DNA from: a virus | Virus record (IMG/VR): IMGVR_UViG_3300045988_159816 | Length of the DNA: 64,000 bases | Reading direction: 5' to 3' (one strand) | Program-made: the position numbers and the translations under genes | Notes under the pieces: generated by a model | Database searches by the model: none | The model's input: only the letters and a program-made list of their open reading frames with translations | What the model was told of the DNA's origin: nothing | Shown: positions 19,398 to 29,907 of the stretch, piece after piece | How positions within the stretch are numbered: position 1 is the stretch's first letter | How the letters are laid out: every line of letters begins with the position of its first letter

Positions 19398-19891
19398 TTA
19401 TACCAATAAAGGGAGATTTTATTATTAGCGCCATGGCAACAAAAATGGCACAGTGTCTAAGAAATGATACAGTTGATCCTCCTGTTATTCCTACGATGTA
19501 TAAAAATAAAATTATGGAAGGGGCTAAAGAACCTTTCTTTTTACTTTCTATTATTGATATGACTCAAGAAAACGGAATGACAACTTCTGCATGGAGAGTA
19601 TATCGTATGAAAGTTGAATACCATTTAGAGGAAACAGATTACGATCGACATTCAGAGTATAGAGATATGGGTGAAAGACTTCTTGGTATTTTAAGAACGA
19701 TTGATCTTCCAGATAAATATGAGGGTGATAAAATTATCACTCGATTAGTGAAAGCTAATAAAATGAGTTTTCAAATTGTTGAAAATGTTTTACAGTTTTT
19801 TGTTAATTACAAGATCAAAGTAAAATTAATTTTACCTGATCCAGTTAAAATGCAAGAACTGGAAATCAATCGATTGGAGGTCGATGAATAA
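19376..19891 (+). CDS. tail completion / sheath terminator protein
   Basis: Lies before the sheath gene. The start is probably at 19394. Confidence 0.4.
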   Translation: MRKESIMIIPIKGDFIISAMATKMAQCLRNDTVDPPVIPTMYKNKIMEGAKEPFFLLSIIDMTQENGMTTSAWRVYRMKVEYHLEETDYDRHSEYRDMGERLLGILRTIDLPDKYEGDKIITRLVKANKMSFQIVENVLQFFVNYKIKVKLILPDPVKMQELEINRLEVDE

Positions 19892-21228
19892 TGGCAGGCG
19901 GAGTCTTTGAAGCTATGAATAAAGTTCGTCCTGGAGCTTATATTGTCTTTCAGAGTGCTTCTCAACCCTTGAATATGGTTGGTGATCGTGGTATCGCCAC
20001 TTTACCTATTCAAATGAATTGGGGTGCTAATGATACTCTGATAGAACTTACTCCGGAACAATTATTAGATGGCTCATGCGAAAGCATTATCGGTTGTAAT
20101 ATCATGGAAGAAGAATCTTTGATTTATCAACAGGTATTGACTGATTGTGTTAAAGTATTACTTTTTAGAATGGATACTGGCGGCGTTAAAGCAACATTGA
20201 CCCTTAATACTTTAACTGCAACAGCTAAATATGCGGGAACGGCTGGTAATAAAATTGCCGTTTCCATCGTTGAAAATGGGTCTAATTTCGACGTTATAAC
20301 CTCTTTTAATGGTGCAGTTGTAGATACTCAAACAGGGGCATTAGTTGGAGATATCGTAGATAATGATTTCGTTGATTTTAGTGGAACCTCTACCGCCGCT
20401 CTTGTTGCAAATGCGGGTGGAGAATTAGAAGATGGTGAAAATGGTACGGTTGTAAATAGTACCTATAGCAAATATTTTGATTTGTTGAAAACTGCAAAAT
20501 GGAATACACTGGGTATTCCACTTGAAACTTCCACAGAAATTCAAGCACAGTTAAAAACATTTATTAAATATATGCGTGATACTGTAGGTACAAAAGTTCA
20601 GGCAGTTGCTAATAACATTGATTCAGATACAGAGGGTATTATATCTACACTTAATCAGGGCTATAAATCAGATCAGTATAATATTACAATTCCGATGTTT
20701 GTTGCAAGGGTTACAGGCATGACTGCTGGCTGTGCAATTAATAAGTCTTTGACTTATTATGCTTTTGAAGATGCGAATGAAATTATCGGTCAATTATCCC
20801 ATGAAGAAATTGTATCGGCTTTGCAAAGTGGTAAGTTTGTGTTGTCCGCTCGTCAAGATGGTGTTGTTGTTGTCGAACAAGATATCAACACACTACATAC
20901 CTTCACTTCGCAAAAAGATTATTCTTTTAGTAAAAATAGGGTTATTCGTACAATTGACCAAATAAATAATGATATTCGTTTATTGTTTGAAAAGAGTTAT
21001 CTAGGTAAACAGGATAATAATGATGATGGTCGTACAGTATTTAAAGCAGATATTATTGATTACTGCTATAAGTTACAAAAGATGAACGCCATTCAGAATT
21101 TTGATGGTTCTACTGATATTACCATTGCTCAAGGTGCAAATCTTGATGAAGTAATTGTTAAGTTGAATATTCAACCTGTTGATTCTATGGAAAAACTCTA
21201 CATGACAGTTACGCTTCGTCGTTATTAA
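19891..21228 (+). CDS. contractile tail sheath protein (XkdK-like)
   Basis: 445-aa ORF upstream of the tube gene, as in PBSX-like tail modules. Confidence 0.75.
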   Translation: MAGGVFEAMNKVRPGAYIVFQSASQPLNMVGDRGIATLPIQMNWGANDTLIELTPEQLLDGSCESIIGCNIMEEESLIYQQVLTDCVKVLLFRMDTGGVKATLTLNTLTATAKYAGTAGNKIAVSIVENGSNFDVITSFNGAVVDTQTGALVGDIVDNDFVDFSGTSTAALVANAGGELEDGENGTVVNSTYSKYFDLLKTAKWNTLGIPLETSTEIQAQLKTFIKYMRDTVGTKVQAVANNIDSDTEGIISTLNQGYKSDQYNITIPMFVARVTGMTAGCAINKSLTYYAFEDANEIIGQLSHEEIVSALQSGKFVLSARQDGVVVVEQDINTLHTFTSQKDYSFSKNRVIRTIDQINNDIRLLFEKSYLGKQDNNDDGRTVFKADIIDYCYKLQKMNAIQNFDGSTDITIAQGANLDEVIVKLNIQPVDSMEKLYMTVTLRRY

Positions 21229-21243
21229 TAGGAGGGATTTGTA

Positions 21244-21717
21244 ATGTCACAAGAACATGATTATTTACGAGCTGGTGATGCCGTTTCCGGTCAAGAAGGT
21301 TGGGCAACAATGACCGTTGATGGCGTTGTACAAGAACTCTTTATGATTAAGGATTGTACAATGACAATGACCAAACGTAAAAAGGAATTTAGAGCTCTTG
21401 GTTTTAGGGGTTCTCAACATAAGTCCGCAGGTTGGTCTGGTAAAGGTGAATTTACTATGTATCATGTTAGTTCTGTATTCCGCAAACTTATGCGTGAATA
21501 TGCAAAAACTGGTAAAGATATTTATTTCACTCTTACCATTAAAAATAATGATCCAACAACCTCTATTGGACAGCAGGTAGCTGCATTTTATTATGTGAAC
21601 ATCGATGAAGGTGTTCTTGCAAAATTAGACGTTGAAGCCGAAGTATTGGAAGAAACTATGACGGTTACTTTCTCTGACTTCGAATATTTAGAATACTTCA
21701 ACAGTCCTCAAAATTAA
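21244..21717 (+). CDS. tail tube protein (XkdM-like)
   Basis: 157-aa ORF following the sheath gene. Confidence 0.65.
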   Translation: MSQEHDYLRAGDAVSGQEGWATMTVDGVVQELFMIKDCTMTMTKRKKEFRALGFRGSQHKSAGWSGKGEFTMYHVSSVFRKLMREYAKTGKDIYFTLTIKNNDPTTSIGQQVAAFYYVNIDEGVLAKLDVEAEVLEETMTVTFSDFEYLEYFNSPQN

Positions 21718-21729
21718 AGGAGAATATAA

Positions 21730-22104
21730 ATGGAACTTTTAGATTTACTTAAATCGCGTGATATTCGCGCTACTAAAGAAATTGAATTAAAAGGTGAACT
21801 GGCTGGTTGTAAAATTACTATTCGTCCTGTAACTACAGAAGAATGGCAATCTGCAAGGGCTCGTTCTATTAAAATTAGTAAAACTGGTGAACCTTCTGTA
21901 GATCAGATTGCAATGGGAATTTCTTTAATGATTGATGGCTGTGTAGTACCGAACTTTAGATCTACTGAAGTATTAGGTACTTTTACAGTTCCGGAAGAAT
22001 TTGTTAAGTATAATTTCAAGCCAGGTGAAATTGAAAGAATTGCTAATATAATCATGCAATATTCTGGCTATAGCGAGGATGTAAATCAAACTGTAAAAAA
22101 GTAA
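21730..22104 (+). CDS. tail assembly chaperone (XkdN / gpG-like)
   Basis: Position between tube and tape measure. Ends at a slippery site. Confidence 0.55.
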   Translation: MELLDLLKSRDIRATKEIELKGELAGCKITIRPVTTEEWQSARARSIKISKTGEPSVDQIAMGISLMIDGCVVPNFRSTEVLGTFTVPEEFVKYNFKPGEIERIANIIMQYSGYSEDVNQTVKK

Positions 22105-22280
22105 AAAAGCTTTTTTATGATAATGATTCTGATACAGTCGCAGCTTATTGGTGTTTCCGAAAGTTAGGCTGGAAACCTTCAGAATTTTTAGATTTACCGA
22201 TTGATGAAAAAGCCTGTGTATTTGCTTTTTTAGAAATAGCAGCTAAACAGGCAAAAGAAGCTCAATCACAAATAAAATAA
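21730..22280 (+). CDS. tail assembly chaperone -1 frameshift fusion product (gpGT-like)
   Basis: The frame after the slip stays open for about 60 codons. This G/GT architecture is conserved upstream of tape measure genes. Confidence 0.5.
22095..22101 (+). other. -1 programmed ribosomal frameshift heptamer A_AAA_AAG
   Basis: In gta aaa aag taa, the -1 frame stays open from here to a TAA at 22278-22280. Confidence 0.6.
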
Positions 22281-22307
22281 TGATTTAAAGATAAGCGAGG
22301 TAAAATC

Positions 22308-24020
22308 ATGGAAGTCAGGAACTCAATTCATTTAGATGATGGGATGTCACCTGTTCTCAGTAAGATTTTAGCCTCGCTTCGTCTTACTTTAACGGCTTTA
22401 AATAGTACGCCGGGCGAAGCGGGTTTATTTAGGGCGGCACAACGAGATATTTCAAGAGCTAATCAACTTTTGAATGGATTTAATAGCGAATTAAAACAAT
22501 CACAAGATTTAATTCGTAATCTTGGATACCGAGATGATAATCCAATAGGTAACGTTTTTTCACGAGCAATGAATCCTTTGACTGAGTTAGTTGCTGGAGT
22601 TTATTTATTAAAATCTGCAATTGATGAAGTTGGAAGACTAACAACTCTTGGCGATAATTTAATGTTAAATCAGGCAAGATTAAATATTGTCAACGATGGA
22701 TTAAGAACACAAGAAGAATTATCAAAAGCTATTTATGAATCGGCACAAAGATCCAGAGCAGATTATTTAGCTACAAGTCGTGTTATTGGTCGTATGGGTA
22801 TTCTTGCTGGACAAGCCTTTAATAATAATGATGAATTAATCGCTTTTACAGAATTAGTTAATAAAGCTTTCCTTGTTGGTGGTAGTACTCAACAAGAACA
22901 GAGAGCCGCTATGTACCAATTGACTCAAGCGATGGCATCAGGCAGACTTCAAGGTGATGAAATGCGTACCATTCGTGAATCTGCTCCCTTACTGAAAAAG
23001 GCAATTCAAAATTATATGGGTTTAGATGATGCTGCTTTTAAAGAGGCTCAAAAGAATGGTGAAATTACAGCGGAAGTTATTAAAAATGCTGTATTTGCAT
23101 CTTCAGATGAAATCCAAAATAAATTTAATGAAATTCCTATAACTTTTAGTCAAGCAATGACGATGGCAGGAAACTCCTTATTGACTAATATGGAAGACAT
23201 ATTTACTGGTATTAGTACAAATGGAGTTAGTATGATACAGACTCTAGTTAGTAATTTTGATATCCTTGCAGGTATACTAGGTTATATCGCTGGCGTATCA
23301 CTTGTTATCTTAATTAGAAACCTAGTAGCTGCACTACCAGCTGCGGCGGCGTTGGCATTAAGTTTCATTGCCATGAATTGGCAGGTCTTATTATTAGTTG
23401 CGGCTGTAATGGCACTGTTTAAATTATTTTTAGCTTTTCCTGAAGCGTTTGGTGTTTTAATTGGTGGTGTTAAAGCATTAGGAACAGCTTTTATGAACAT
23501 GGTAAAATTAGTAGCTGATTATTTCTTAATGTTATTTAATGAAATAATTTTAAGAGGTATGAATTTTGTTCTTGATAAATTAGGTAAAGAAAAAATTCAA
23601 AATGTAGAATATTTTGGAATGGAAAGTGTTGGATTAAGTTATCTTGAAGGATACTCTAGCGGTAAAAAATGGGCAGAGGATACAGGGGTTAAATTAGATA
23701 ACTTTATGACTGGAATGAAGAATACTTTCAATCCAAATACATCTGTTTTAGGCGGAACTGTTCCTAAACCAGTAACAGATCTTGATACTGTTGGCGAAGT
23801 TAAAAACATTAAAGGTGGTAAAATTAATCTTGATGACAATAGTATTCAATGGATAAAAGATGCTGGAGCTATAGAATTTGTAAATCGTTTTACAAATATG
23901 CGACCTATCTTGAAAGTTAATTTTGGGGACGTACATCAAACGGCGGATGTTAATGAAATTGCCGACGCTATTGCAGATATGGTTGAAAATGCCGTTACAA
24001 CATCTTTAGAGGGGGAATGA
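22308..24020 (+). CDS. tail tape measure protein
   Basis: 570 aa, helical, with a hydrophobic central segment. Lies downstream of the chaperone pair. Confidence 0.7.
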   Translation: MEVRNSIHLDDGMSPVLSKILASLRLTLTALNSTPGEAGLFRAAQRDISRANQLLNGFNSELKQSQDLIRNLGYRDDNPIGNVFSRAMNPLTELVAGVYLLKSAIDEVGRLTTLGDNLMLNQARLNIVNDGLRTQEELSKAIYESAQRSRADYLATSRVIGRMGILAGQAFNNNDELIAFTELVNKAFLVGGSTQQEQRAAMYQLTQAMASGRLQGDEMRTIRESAPLLKKAIQNYMGLDDAAFKEAQKNGEITAEVIKNAVFASSDEIQNKFNEIPITFSQAMTMAGNSLLTNMEDIFTGISTNGVSMIQTLVSNFDILAGILGYIAGVSLVILIRNLVAALPAAAALALSFIAMNWQVLLLVAAVMALFKLFLAFPEAFGVLIGGVKALGTAFMNMVKLVADYFLMLFNEIILRGMNFVLDKLGKEKIQNVEYFGMESVGLSYLEGYSSGKKWAEDTGVKLDNFMTGMKNTFNPNTSVLGGTVPKPVTDLDTVGEVKNIKGGKINLDDNSIQWIKDAGAIEFVNRFTNMRPILKVNFGDVHQTADVNEIADAIADMVENAVTTSLEGE

Positions 24021-24026
24021 GTATAA

Positions 24027-24884
24027 ATGGCTGCGCAGTCTGGTAATCCCAGTGAATTAAAGACACTTCTTGAGAGTCTTTCTCCAAATTCGGATTCTAT
24101 GAGCCAAGCTAGAGGCGATGTAAAGATATTTGTAGTGTATAAAGGGGATACAATACAGATTCCAGTGAATCCAGAAAAGTTGAATATAAGAACTCCCGGA
24201 AATAATAAAACTTTTCCGATAGTTTCTTTAGGTGAAATCAATGTTCTAAAAAATCCTAAATTGACCACTATAGGATTTAGTTGTTTTTTTCCGATTCCGG
24301 AAAGACAGAATTATCCATATGTATTGACAGGTAATTCAGAACCAACATTTTACACAGCACTTATTAAGCAAATTTTAAATAAGCAAAATAAAACTCAATT
24401 TTTACCTCCAACTTTTTATACGACATTTTTTGAAAAAATTCGTAATGGAAAAGAACCTGTAAGACTAATAATTACAGGATTACCTGTCGGGTTTAATAAA
24501 TTAGTGTCTGTAGAAAAATTTGATTATGGTTACGATGAAGGTGACTATGATGTTGTTTATGATATTGAGTTTAAAGTTTATCCTATTTATGCTATTAATG
24601 GAGCTACTATTGATGAAGATGGAACAATTACCGTTGATACTGGTGAGTTAAGAACAGATGAATCCGAAAGTTTAACAATGGGCGATGAAGTAAGTGTTAC
24701 AGGTACAATTTATAAAGACCCGGCTATGCAATTTGTTGATAGGTATGTAAAAAATAAAACAGGCTGTTTTGTTAATTTATTAGATTTTGATAATAATGGA
24801 GCTATTCATCTAACAGATAGTGAAGATAGATGGATTGGTTGGGTATCAGAAACAGCTGTAAATAAAGTAACAGGTATTTTATGA
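24027..24884 (+). CDS. tail protein (XkdP-like position)
   Basis: Assigned from position. Confidence 0.45.
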   Translation: MAAQSGNPSELKTLLESLSPNSDSMSQARGDVKIFVVYKGDTIQIPVNPEKLNIRTPGNNKTFPIVSLGEINVLKNPKLTTIGFSCFFPIPERQNYPYVLTGNSEPTFYTALIKQILNKQNKTQFLPPTFYTTFFEKIRNGKEPVRLIITGLPVGFNKLVSVEKFDYGYDEGDYDVVYDIEFKVYPIYAINGATIDEDGTITVDTGELRTDESESLTMGDEVSVTGTIYKDPAMQFVDRYVKNKTGCFVNLLDFDNNGAIHLTDSEDRWIGWVSETAVNKVTGIL

Positions 24885-25873
24885 TGAAAATATTATTAGC
24901 AGTTGAAACTCCAGATAATAAAATATTTGAAATATCTGAAGTAGTTTATGATATATCATGGACTACTACATTACTTGAACAGCCGGGAAAATTAAAATTT
25001 TCTATTCCAAGTAATGTTGAATTGGTATTAGATTTTGCAACAACTGTTAATTTAATGGTTGATGAAGTACCAGTCTTTTATGGATATGTAGTTAATATGA
25101 ATTGTACTGAAGATACCATTATTTATGAAGCAGTAGATCAAATGTTTTATCTAAAAAATAAAGAATCCTATGTATTTTCTGGAAAAACAGCCACTCAAAT
25201 ATTTAAAGCGATCTGTGATGACTGGAAATTTACCTATAAAATTGTAGATGAATGTAATTGGCAGGTATCTACAAGAGTTCATGATGGAAAATCTTTATAC
25301 TCGATAATTGCTTATGGTTATGATGAAGCTTTGGTAAATACTCAAAACTGGTTTATTATTCGAGATAATTATGGAACATTGGAACAAATCAGTTTATTAT
25401 CCCTTAAAACAAATTATTATATTTCTGATGACTTAAATGTTACCAACTTTAATTACCGAAAAAGTATTGACAGAGATTCGTATAATCGGGTAAAATTAGT
25501 ACAAGATAACACCAAAGAAGGTGTTAGAAAAGTATATGTTGCTCAAGATGATGAGAATCAACGAAAATGGGGTATTTTACAATATTATGAAAAAGTTGAT
25601 AAAAATGCAACAGAAAATCAAATAAAAGAACGTGGTAACGCTCTATTAAAAATTAAGAACAGAGAATTAAAAACAATTAAAATTCAGTGTGTTGGTTTAC
25701 CACATAATTTTAGAGCTGGGCACTGGTTATTTGTTGCATTAAATCCTTTAACAAAAGCAGGTTTTGTAAATAATCAAGAATATATTGTTGTTGATTGTAC
25801 ACATCAGTGGAAAAATAATGAGCATACTATTAGTTTAAATCTTAACGAATACAGTTTAAATGTAGGTGGTTAA
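24881..25873 (+). CDS. tail/baseplate protein (XkdQ-like position)
   Basis: Assigned from position. Confidence 0.45.
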   Translation: MMKILLAVETPDNKIFEISEVVYDISWTTTLLEQPGKLKFSIPSNVELVLDFATTVNLMVDEVPVFYGYVVNMNCTEDTIIYEAVDQMFYLKNKESYVFSGKTATQIFKAICDDWKFTYKIVDECNWQVSTRVHDGKSLYSIIAYGYDEALVNTQNWFIIRDNYGTLEQISLLSLKTNYYISDDLNVTNFNYRKSIDRDSYNRVKLVQDNTKEGVRKVYVAQDDENQRKWGILQYYEKVDKNATENQIKERGNALLKIKNRELKTIKIQCVGLPHNFRAGHWLFVALNPLTKAGFVNNQEYIVVDCTHQWKNNEHTISLNLNEYSLNVGG

Positions 25874-26270
25874 TGTGGCAGAAAGCACAGCAGGATTCAG
25901 ATTAGTTAGTATTACAAGAAAAATGATTAAACAAAAAGCACAGAGTACTGATGTGGCTGATTGTGTGTATGGTACAGTTCTTTCTGTAGCTCCATTAAGT
26001 GTGCAATTAGACACAAGAACAACTTTACAGGAAGCTCAATTAGTTGTCGGTGCTCTATGTAAAGAAACCATTATTAAGATTCCTTTTCCGGAAAAAGGTC
26101 AAATTAAACACAAACATCAGGCAATTCACAATGGTATGCACAATACGACAATGGAATTGCCTGAAATTCAATTGTGGCGAGGTTTAAATACTGGAGATCG
26201 TGTTATTTTGCAAAGATTTAATAATGGTCAAAAGTATTTAATCTTGCAAAGAGTGGAGGGAATACCTTGA
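25866..26270 (+). CDS. baseplate protein (DUF2577 / XkdR-like)
   Basis: Motif YGTVLSVAPLSVQLD resembles DUF2577 proteins. Confidence 0.45.
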   Translation: MVNVAESTAGFRLVSITRKMIKQKAQSTDVADCVYGTVLSVAPLSVQLDTRTTLQEAQLVVGALCKETIIKIPFPEKGQIKHKHQAIHNGMHNTTMELPEIQLWRGLNTGDRVILQRFNNGQKYLILQRVEGIP

Positions 26271-26668
26271 TACCGTCAAATCGTAACCTTATTGTTACTC
26301 AAATTGGACAAAATGAAGTTACAAGAACTTATAAAGTTGATTCTTATAATAAAAGAATTATTGGAACAACTGATGGACAGCCTGCAATTGAACAAGCAAT
26401 TTTAAAAAATTTTGATACAGAAAGATTTGCTTATGTTATTTATTCTAAAAATTATGGTATTGAATTAGAAAAATACATTGGTAAAGATTATGATTTTATT
26501 CGTTCAGATTTGCAAAGGGCAATAGAGGAATGTTTATTAGTTGATGCAAGAATTTATTCTATTAATAATTTACAATTTACTCAAGAAGGTCTGGATTATA
26601 TGTCAATTACAATGGATATAGAAACAGAACAAGGTGTTTTGACTACAACTTTAGAGGTGAAAAAATGA
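26267..26668 (+). CDS. baseplate protein (DUF2634 / XkdS-like)
   Basis: Assigned from position and size. Confidence 0.4.
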   Translation: MIPSNRNLIVTQIGQNEVTRTYKVDSYNKRIIGTTDGQPAIEQAILKNFDTERFAYVIYSKNYGIELEKYIGKDYDFIRSDLQRAIEECLLVDARIYSINNLQFTQEGLDYMSITMDIETEQGVLTTTLEVKK

Positions 26669-27837
26669 ATGCACTTTCAACCTATTTAGAAAAATATTCA
26701 TATGATTATATTTTATCTGAAGCACTAAAACAAGTTCCGGACACTGTGGATAAACGTGAAGGTGCTATTATTCGAGATGCTTTGGCTCCTTGTTGTTATG
26801 AGGCAGCGAAGGCTATTTTGTATCTTGCAGATATTATCGAACAAACTTATGTAGCAACTGCAAATGGACTTTGGCTGGATGGTCGTGTTTTAGAGGGTGG
26901 AATTACTCGAGATCCTGCTACATATTCTAAAAATTTAGGTGTTTTTAAAGATCAATTAGGTAATCCTGTTCAAATTTCTATCGGACAAACTTTCTCGACT
27001 GTAGGAGATACCATTTTAAATTATGTTTGTGTACAGGTTTATGTGGATGAAAATGGGGATGTAGTTCCCGGAAGTTATGTATTACAATGTAATACTATAG
27101 GGTCTGTTGGTAATAGTTATATAGGTAGAATCGTTCCTAATGATTATATTGAAAAACTTGCTAGCGCTGAAATAACAAGTTTATTATATCCCGGCGAAGA
27201 AGAAGAAACAGATGAATCTTTACGTGAACGATATTTAGGTAATATGTTAAAAACAGCTTTTGGTGGTAATGTTGCACAGTATAGACAATGGGCAAAAGAA
27301 ATTGCAGGTATTGGTGGAGTTCAGGTTTATCCTGTTTGGGCAGGTGGTGGAACAGTTAAATTGAGTATTATTGATACGGATTATAATCCGGCTTCTACAG
27401 AATTTTGTCAAACTATTTTAGAAATGTTTGATCCAGAAAATTCCGGAGTAGAAAATACTCGTGGATTAGGTTTAGGTATCGCTCCAATAGATCATAAAAT
27501 GACAATATCAACTCCTTTACCAAGAACTATCAATGTATCTGGAAAAATCACATTATTACCCGGATATAAATTAGAAACACTATTACCTAAAATTAAAGAA
27601 TCTATTTCTAATTATCTATTAATGTTAAGACAACATTGGGAAGATAGTGACGAACAAAATAATTATTCAGTTATTGTATATTTGGGCAGAATTACAGTTG
27701 CTATTTTAAGTGTTGAAGGTGTATCAAGTGCTTATGAATTAAAACTTAATGATACTGATACTGATGTTGTTTTAACAGAAACAAGTTCTTTACAGGAAGT
27801 TCCTGTTTTAGGGTCGGTGAATTTCATTGAACAATAA
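26665..27837 (+). CDS. baseplate J-like protein (XkdT-like)
   Basis: 390 aa, assigned from position. Confidence 0.55.
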   Translation: MNALSTYLEKYSYDYILSEALKQVPDTVDKREGAIIRDALAPCCYEAAKAILYLADIIEQTYVATANGLWLDGRVLEGGITRDPATYSKNLGVFKDQLGNPVQISIGQTFSTVGDTILNYVCVQVYVDENGDVVPGSYVLQCNTIGSVGNSYIGRIVPNDYIEKLASAEITSLLYPGEEEETDESLRERYLGNMLKTAFGGNVAQYRQWAKEIAGIGGVQVYPVWAGGGTVKLSIIDTDYNPASTEFCQTILEMFDPENSGVENTRGLGLGIAPIDHKMTISTPLPRTINVSGKITLLPGYKLETLLPKIKESISNYLLMLRQHWEDSDEQNNYSVIVYLGRITVAILSVEGVSSAYELKLNDTDTDVVLTETSSLQEVPVLGSVNFIEQ

Positions 27838-28756
27838 AATTTATAATCGAACTGGGTTATATAGGACAAGAATTGGTCGTTATTTTCCAAAATATTATGA
27901 AGGTATTTTGGAAACAGATGAACTAATTAAAGTTGAAAATGATATTTGGAATAACATTTATAATTTGATTGTAAAAGCTAAAAGAAATCAATTTATTGCT
28001 TATGCAGATGAAGATGGAATTTATGCTTATGAACAATTATTCCAAATAGTTTCAGATCCCACTACTGAAACATTAGAAGAAAGAAGATTTAGACTACTTA
28101 ATAGAGTACAAACATTGTCTTATTATACAATGAATTTTCTTCGCGAAAAATTAGATAATTTATTTGGCGTGGATAATTATGAAATCCAAATGGATTATCC
28201 AAATAGAACATTATATGTCAAGAGTAATTTTTCAAATTATTTTGTTTACAATGAAACGATTGCATTAATTCACAAAATAAGACCAGCCAATATGGTTTTT
28301 GTTAATGTACCTTTAATTCCGTCAACAGTTGAAGTTGGAGAAGAAATCTATCAACAAAAATGGTGGTGGAATTATATTTTAGGTGGTAAATGGAAAGTCG
28401 GTGAAAAACCGATTATTAGTGTACAGGAATTGGCTAAATTAAAATCAGAGGAGGTACAATCCTTGACGCCTTTAATGCTTAATAAATTAAAAGAATTTAC
28501 AGCAGAAACAATTCAAGCTGTGCTAATCAATGATACCTATAAGGTAACAACATTCGTTCAAAAAATTATTACTGGTGGGTATTTAAGAATCCAGTATAAT
28601 ATTGAAAATTGGGAACAAATAAAATTAATTACTAATATTAAATTTTTAGACGCTGAAGGATTTATTTTATCAAATAATGCTGTGTATATTCCAGTGGCTT
28701 CAGATACAATGATTGAACACAGAATTAATATTCGGGAGGTTACTTCAAATGGCTAA
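27827..28756 (+). CDS. tail protein (XkdU-like position)
   Basis: Assigned from position. Confidence 0.45.
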   Translation: MNNKIYNRTGLYRTRIGRYFPKYYEGILETDELIKVENDIWNNIYNLIVKAKRNQFIAYADEDGIYAYEQLFQIVSDPTTETLEERRFRLLNRVQTLSYYTMNFLREKLDNLFGVDNYEIQMDYPNRTLYVKSNFSNYFVYNETIALIHKIRPANMVFVNVPLIPSTVEVGEEIYQQKWWWNYILGGKWKVGEKPIISVQELAKLKSEEVQSLTPLMLNKLKEFTAETIQAVLINDTYKVTTFVQKIITGGYLRIQYNIENWEQIKLITNIKFLDAEGFILSNNAVYIPVASDTMIEHRINIREVTSNG

Positions 28757-29657
28757 TATTATAATGCAAATTACTGATTACATTGCTCATTTATGGCATA
28801 ACACATCTGATGATATTGTAATGGCTGAAAATATTAATGGTTGGGAAGATACATTACAACAACATTCACAATTCTTAAAAAGATTTTCTTGGCAACCGAA
28901 TACTACTTATCTAAAAAATTCAGTATTACTTTATCCATTCGGATTACATACTAAATTAGTATCTAAAAACGCTGGTACAAGTGGCAGCGTTGAGCCTACA
29001 TGGTCAGAGGCTACAGGGGTAGAAGGTTCAAGAACAATTCAGGATAATGATATTGTTTGGGAAGAACAACCTATTCAAATATCTTCAGATACTACACCAG
29101 TGGGAACCATTAAACAGCAGCTCTGGAACTCAGCACCTCCTGGATATTTAAAACTTGATAAAAGTGTAATTCTAAATAGATCCGAATATCCGGAATTGTG
29201 GGATTTTGTTCAAAAATATATGCCTTTAACTACAGAGGTTGAATGGCAAAAGATGTTGACTCAAAATGGGACTTCCGTTGGTTTCTTTTCACAAGGCGAC
29301 GGCTCTACTACTTTTAGAACACCAATTATGATAGATTTTGGTCGTGGTGGCTCCTCTGCTGGTGCTTTCTTTAAAGACCAAAATAAACTCCATAACCATA
29401 CGGCTAATATTGATACTACCCCCGCACAGGGTAGCTTCAGGTTGTGGAAATTTGATCCTGCCGCTACTGGTGTATTCTCATCAAGTTATTTAGGAAGATG
29501 GGCAAACAGTAAAAACGGCGGTGATGATGCAATGTATCAAATTAATTTTAATCTTGCAAATGCTTTAAATAACATTACAATCGCTTCTTCGGGAGGATCT
29601 GAAGGGTATCCGAAACACGTTACAATGCCATTTTACTTGAGAACTTTAAATATTTAA
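28752..29657 (+). CDS. tail fibre protein with collar-like domain and invertible C-terminus
   Basis: Tail-collar-like motif WDFVQKY...GDGSTTFRTP. The ATG at 28752 follows RBS gggaggt. A 34-bp inverted repeat lies inside its 3' third. Confidence 0.6.
   Translation, partial: ANIIMQITDYIAHLWHNTSDDIVMAENINGWEDTLQQHSQFLKRFSWQPNTTYLKNSVLLYPFGLHTKLVSKNAGTSGSVEPTWSEATGVEGSRTIQDNDIVWEEQPIQISSDTTPVGTIKQQLWNSAPPGYLKLDKSVILNRSEYPELWDFVQKYMPLTTEVEWQKMLTQNGTSVGFFSQGDGSTTFRTPIMIDFGRGGSSAGAFFKDQNKLHNHTANIDTTPAQGSFRLWKFDPAATGVFSSSYLGRWANSKNGGDDAMYQINFNLANALNNITIASSGGSEGYPKHVTMPFYLRTLNI
29365..29398. repeat. left 34-bp inverted repeat of the invertible segment
   Basis: ctttctttaaagaccaaaataaactccataacca, perfectly reverse-complementary to 29908-29941. 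Confidence 0.8.
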
Positions 29658-29907
29658 TGTTCTTAAATAGTAAGGCATAATGATATGTTTAGGATAGGCT
29701 TCTGATCCACCACTATCACTCATGTTTAAATCGTGGGAGTGTGTACCATTAAAGTTGACAACTTCACGAGCATCACCTTTATGAGCACAACTACCAGCCC
29801 ATTGACCAGTTCTGGAAAATACTCCTGTTGTTCGACCTGAATCTTGTCCAACTTGTTGAGCTGCAATAAAACTACCTGTTAAACTTTTAGATTGGATGCT
29901 TCCAGAG
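29646..29907 (-). other. silent alternative tail-fibre C-terminal cassette (minus strand, promoterless)
   Basis: The minus-strand reading gives PFFKDQNKLHNH|SGSIQSKSLTG...YPKHIIMPYYLRTLNI*, parallel to the active C-terminus ...FFKDQNKLHNH|TANIDTT...YPKHVTMPFYLRTLNI*. The two stop codons overlap tail-to-tail. Confidence 0.65.
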
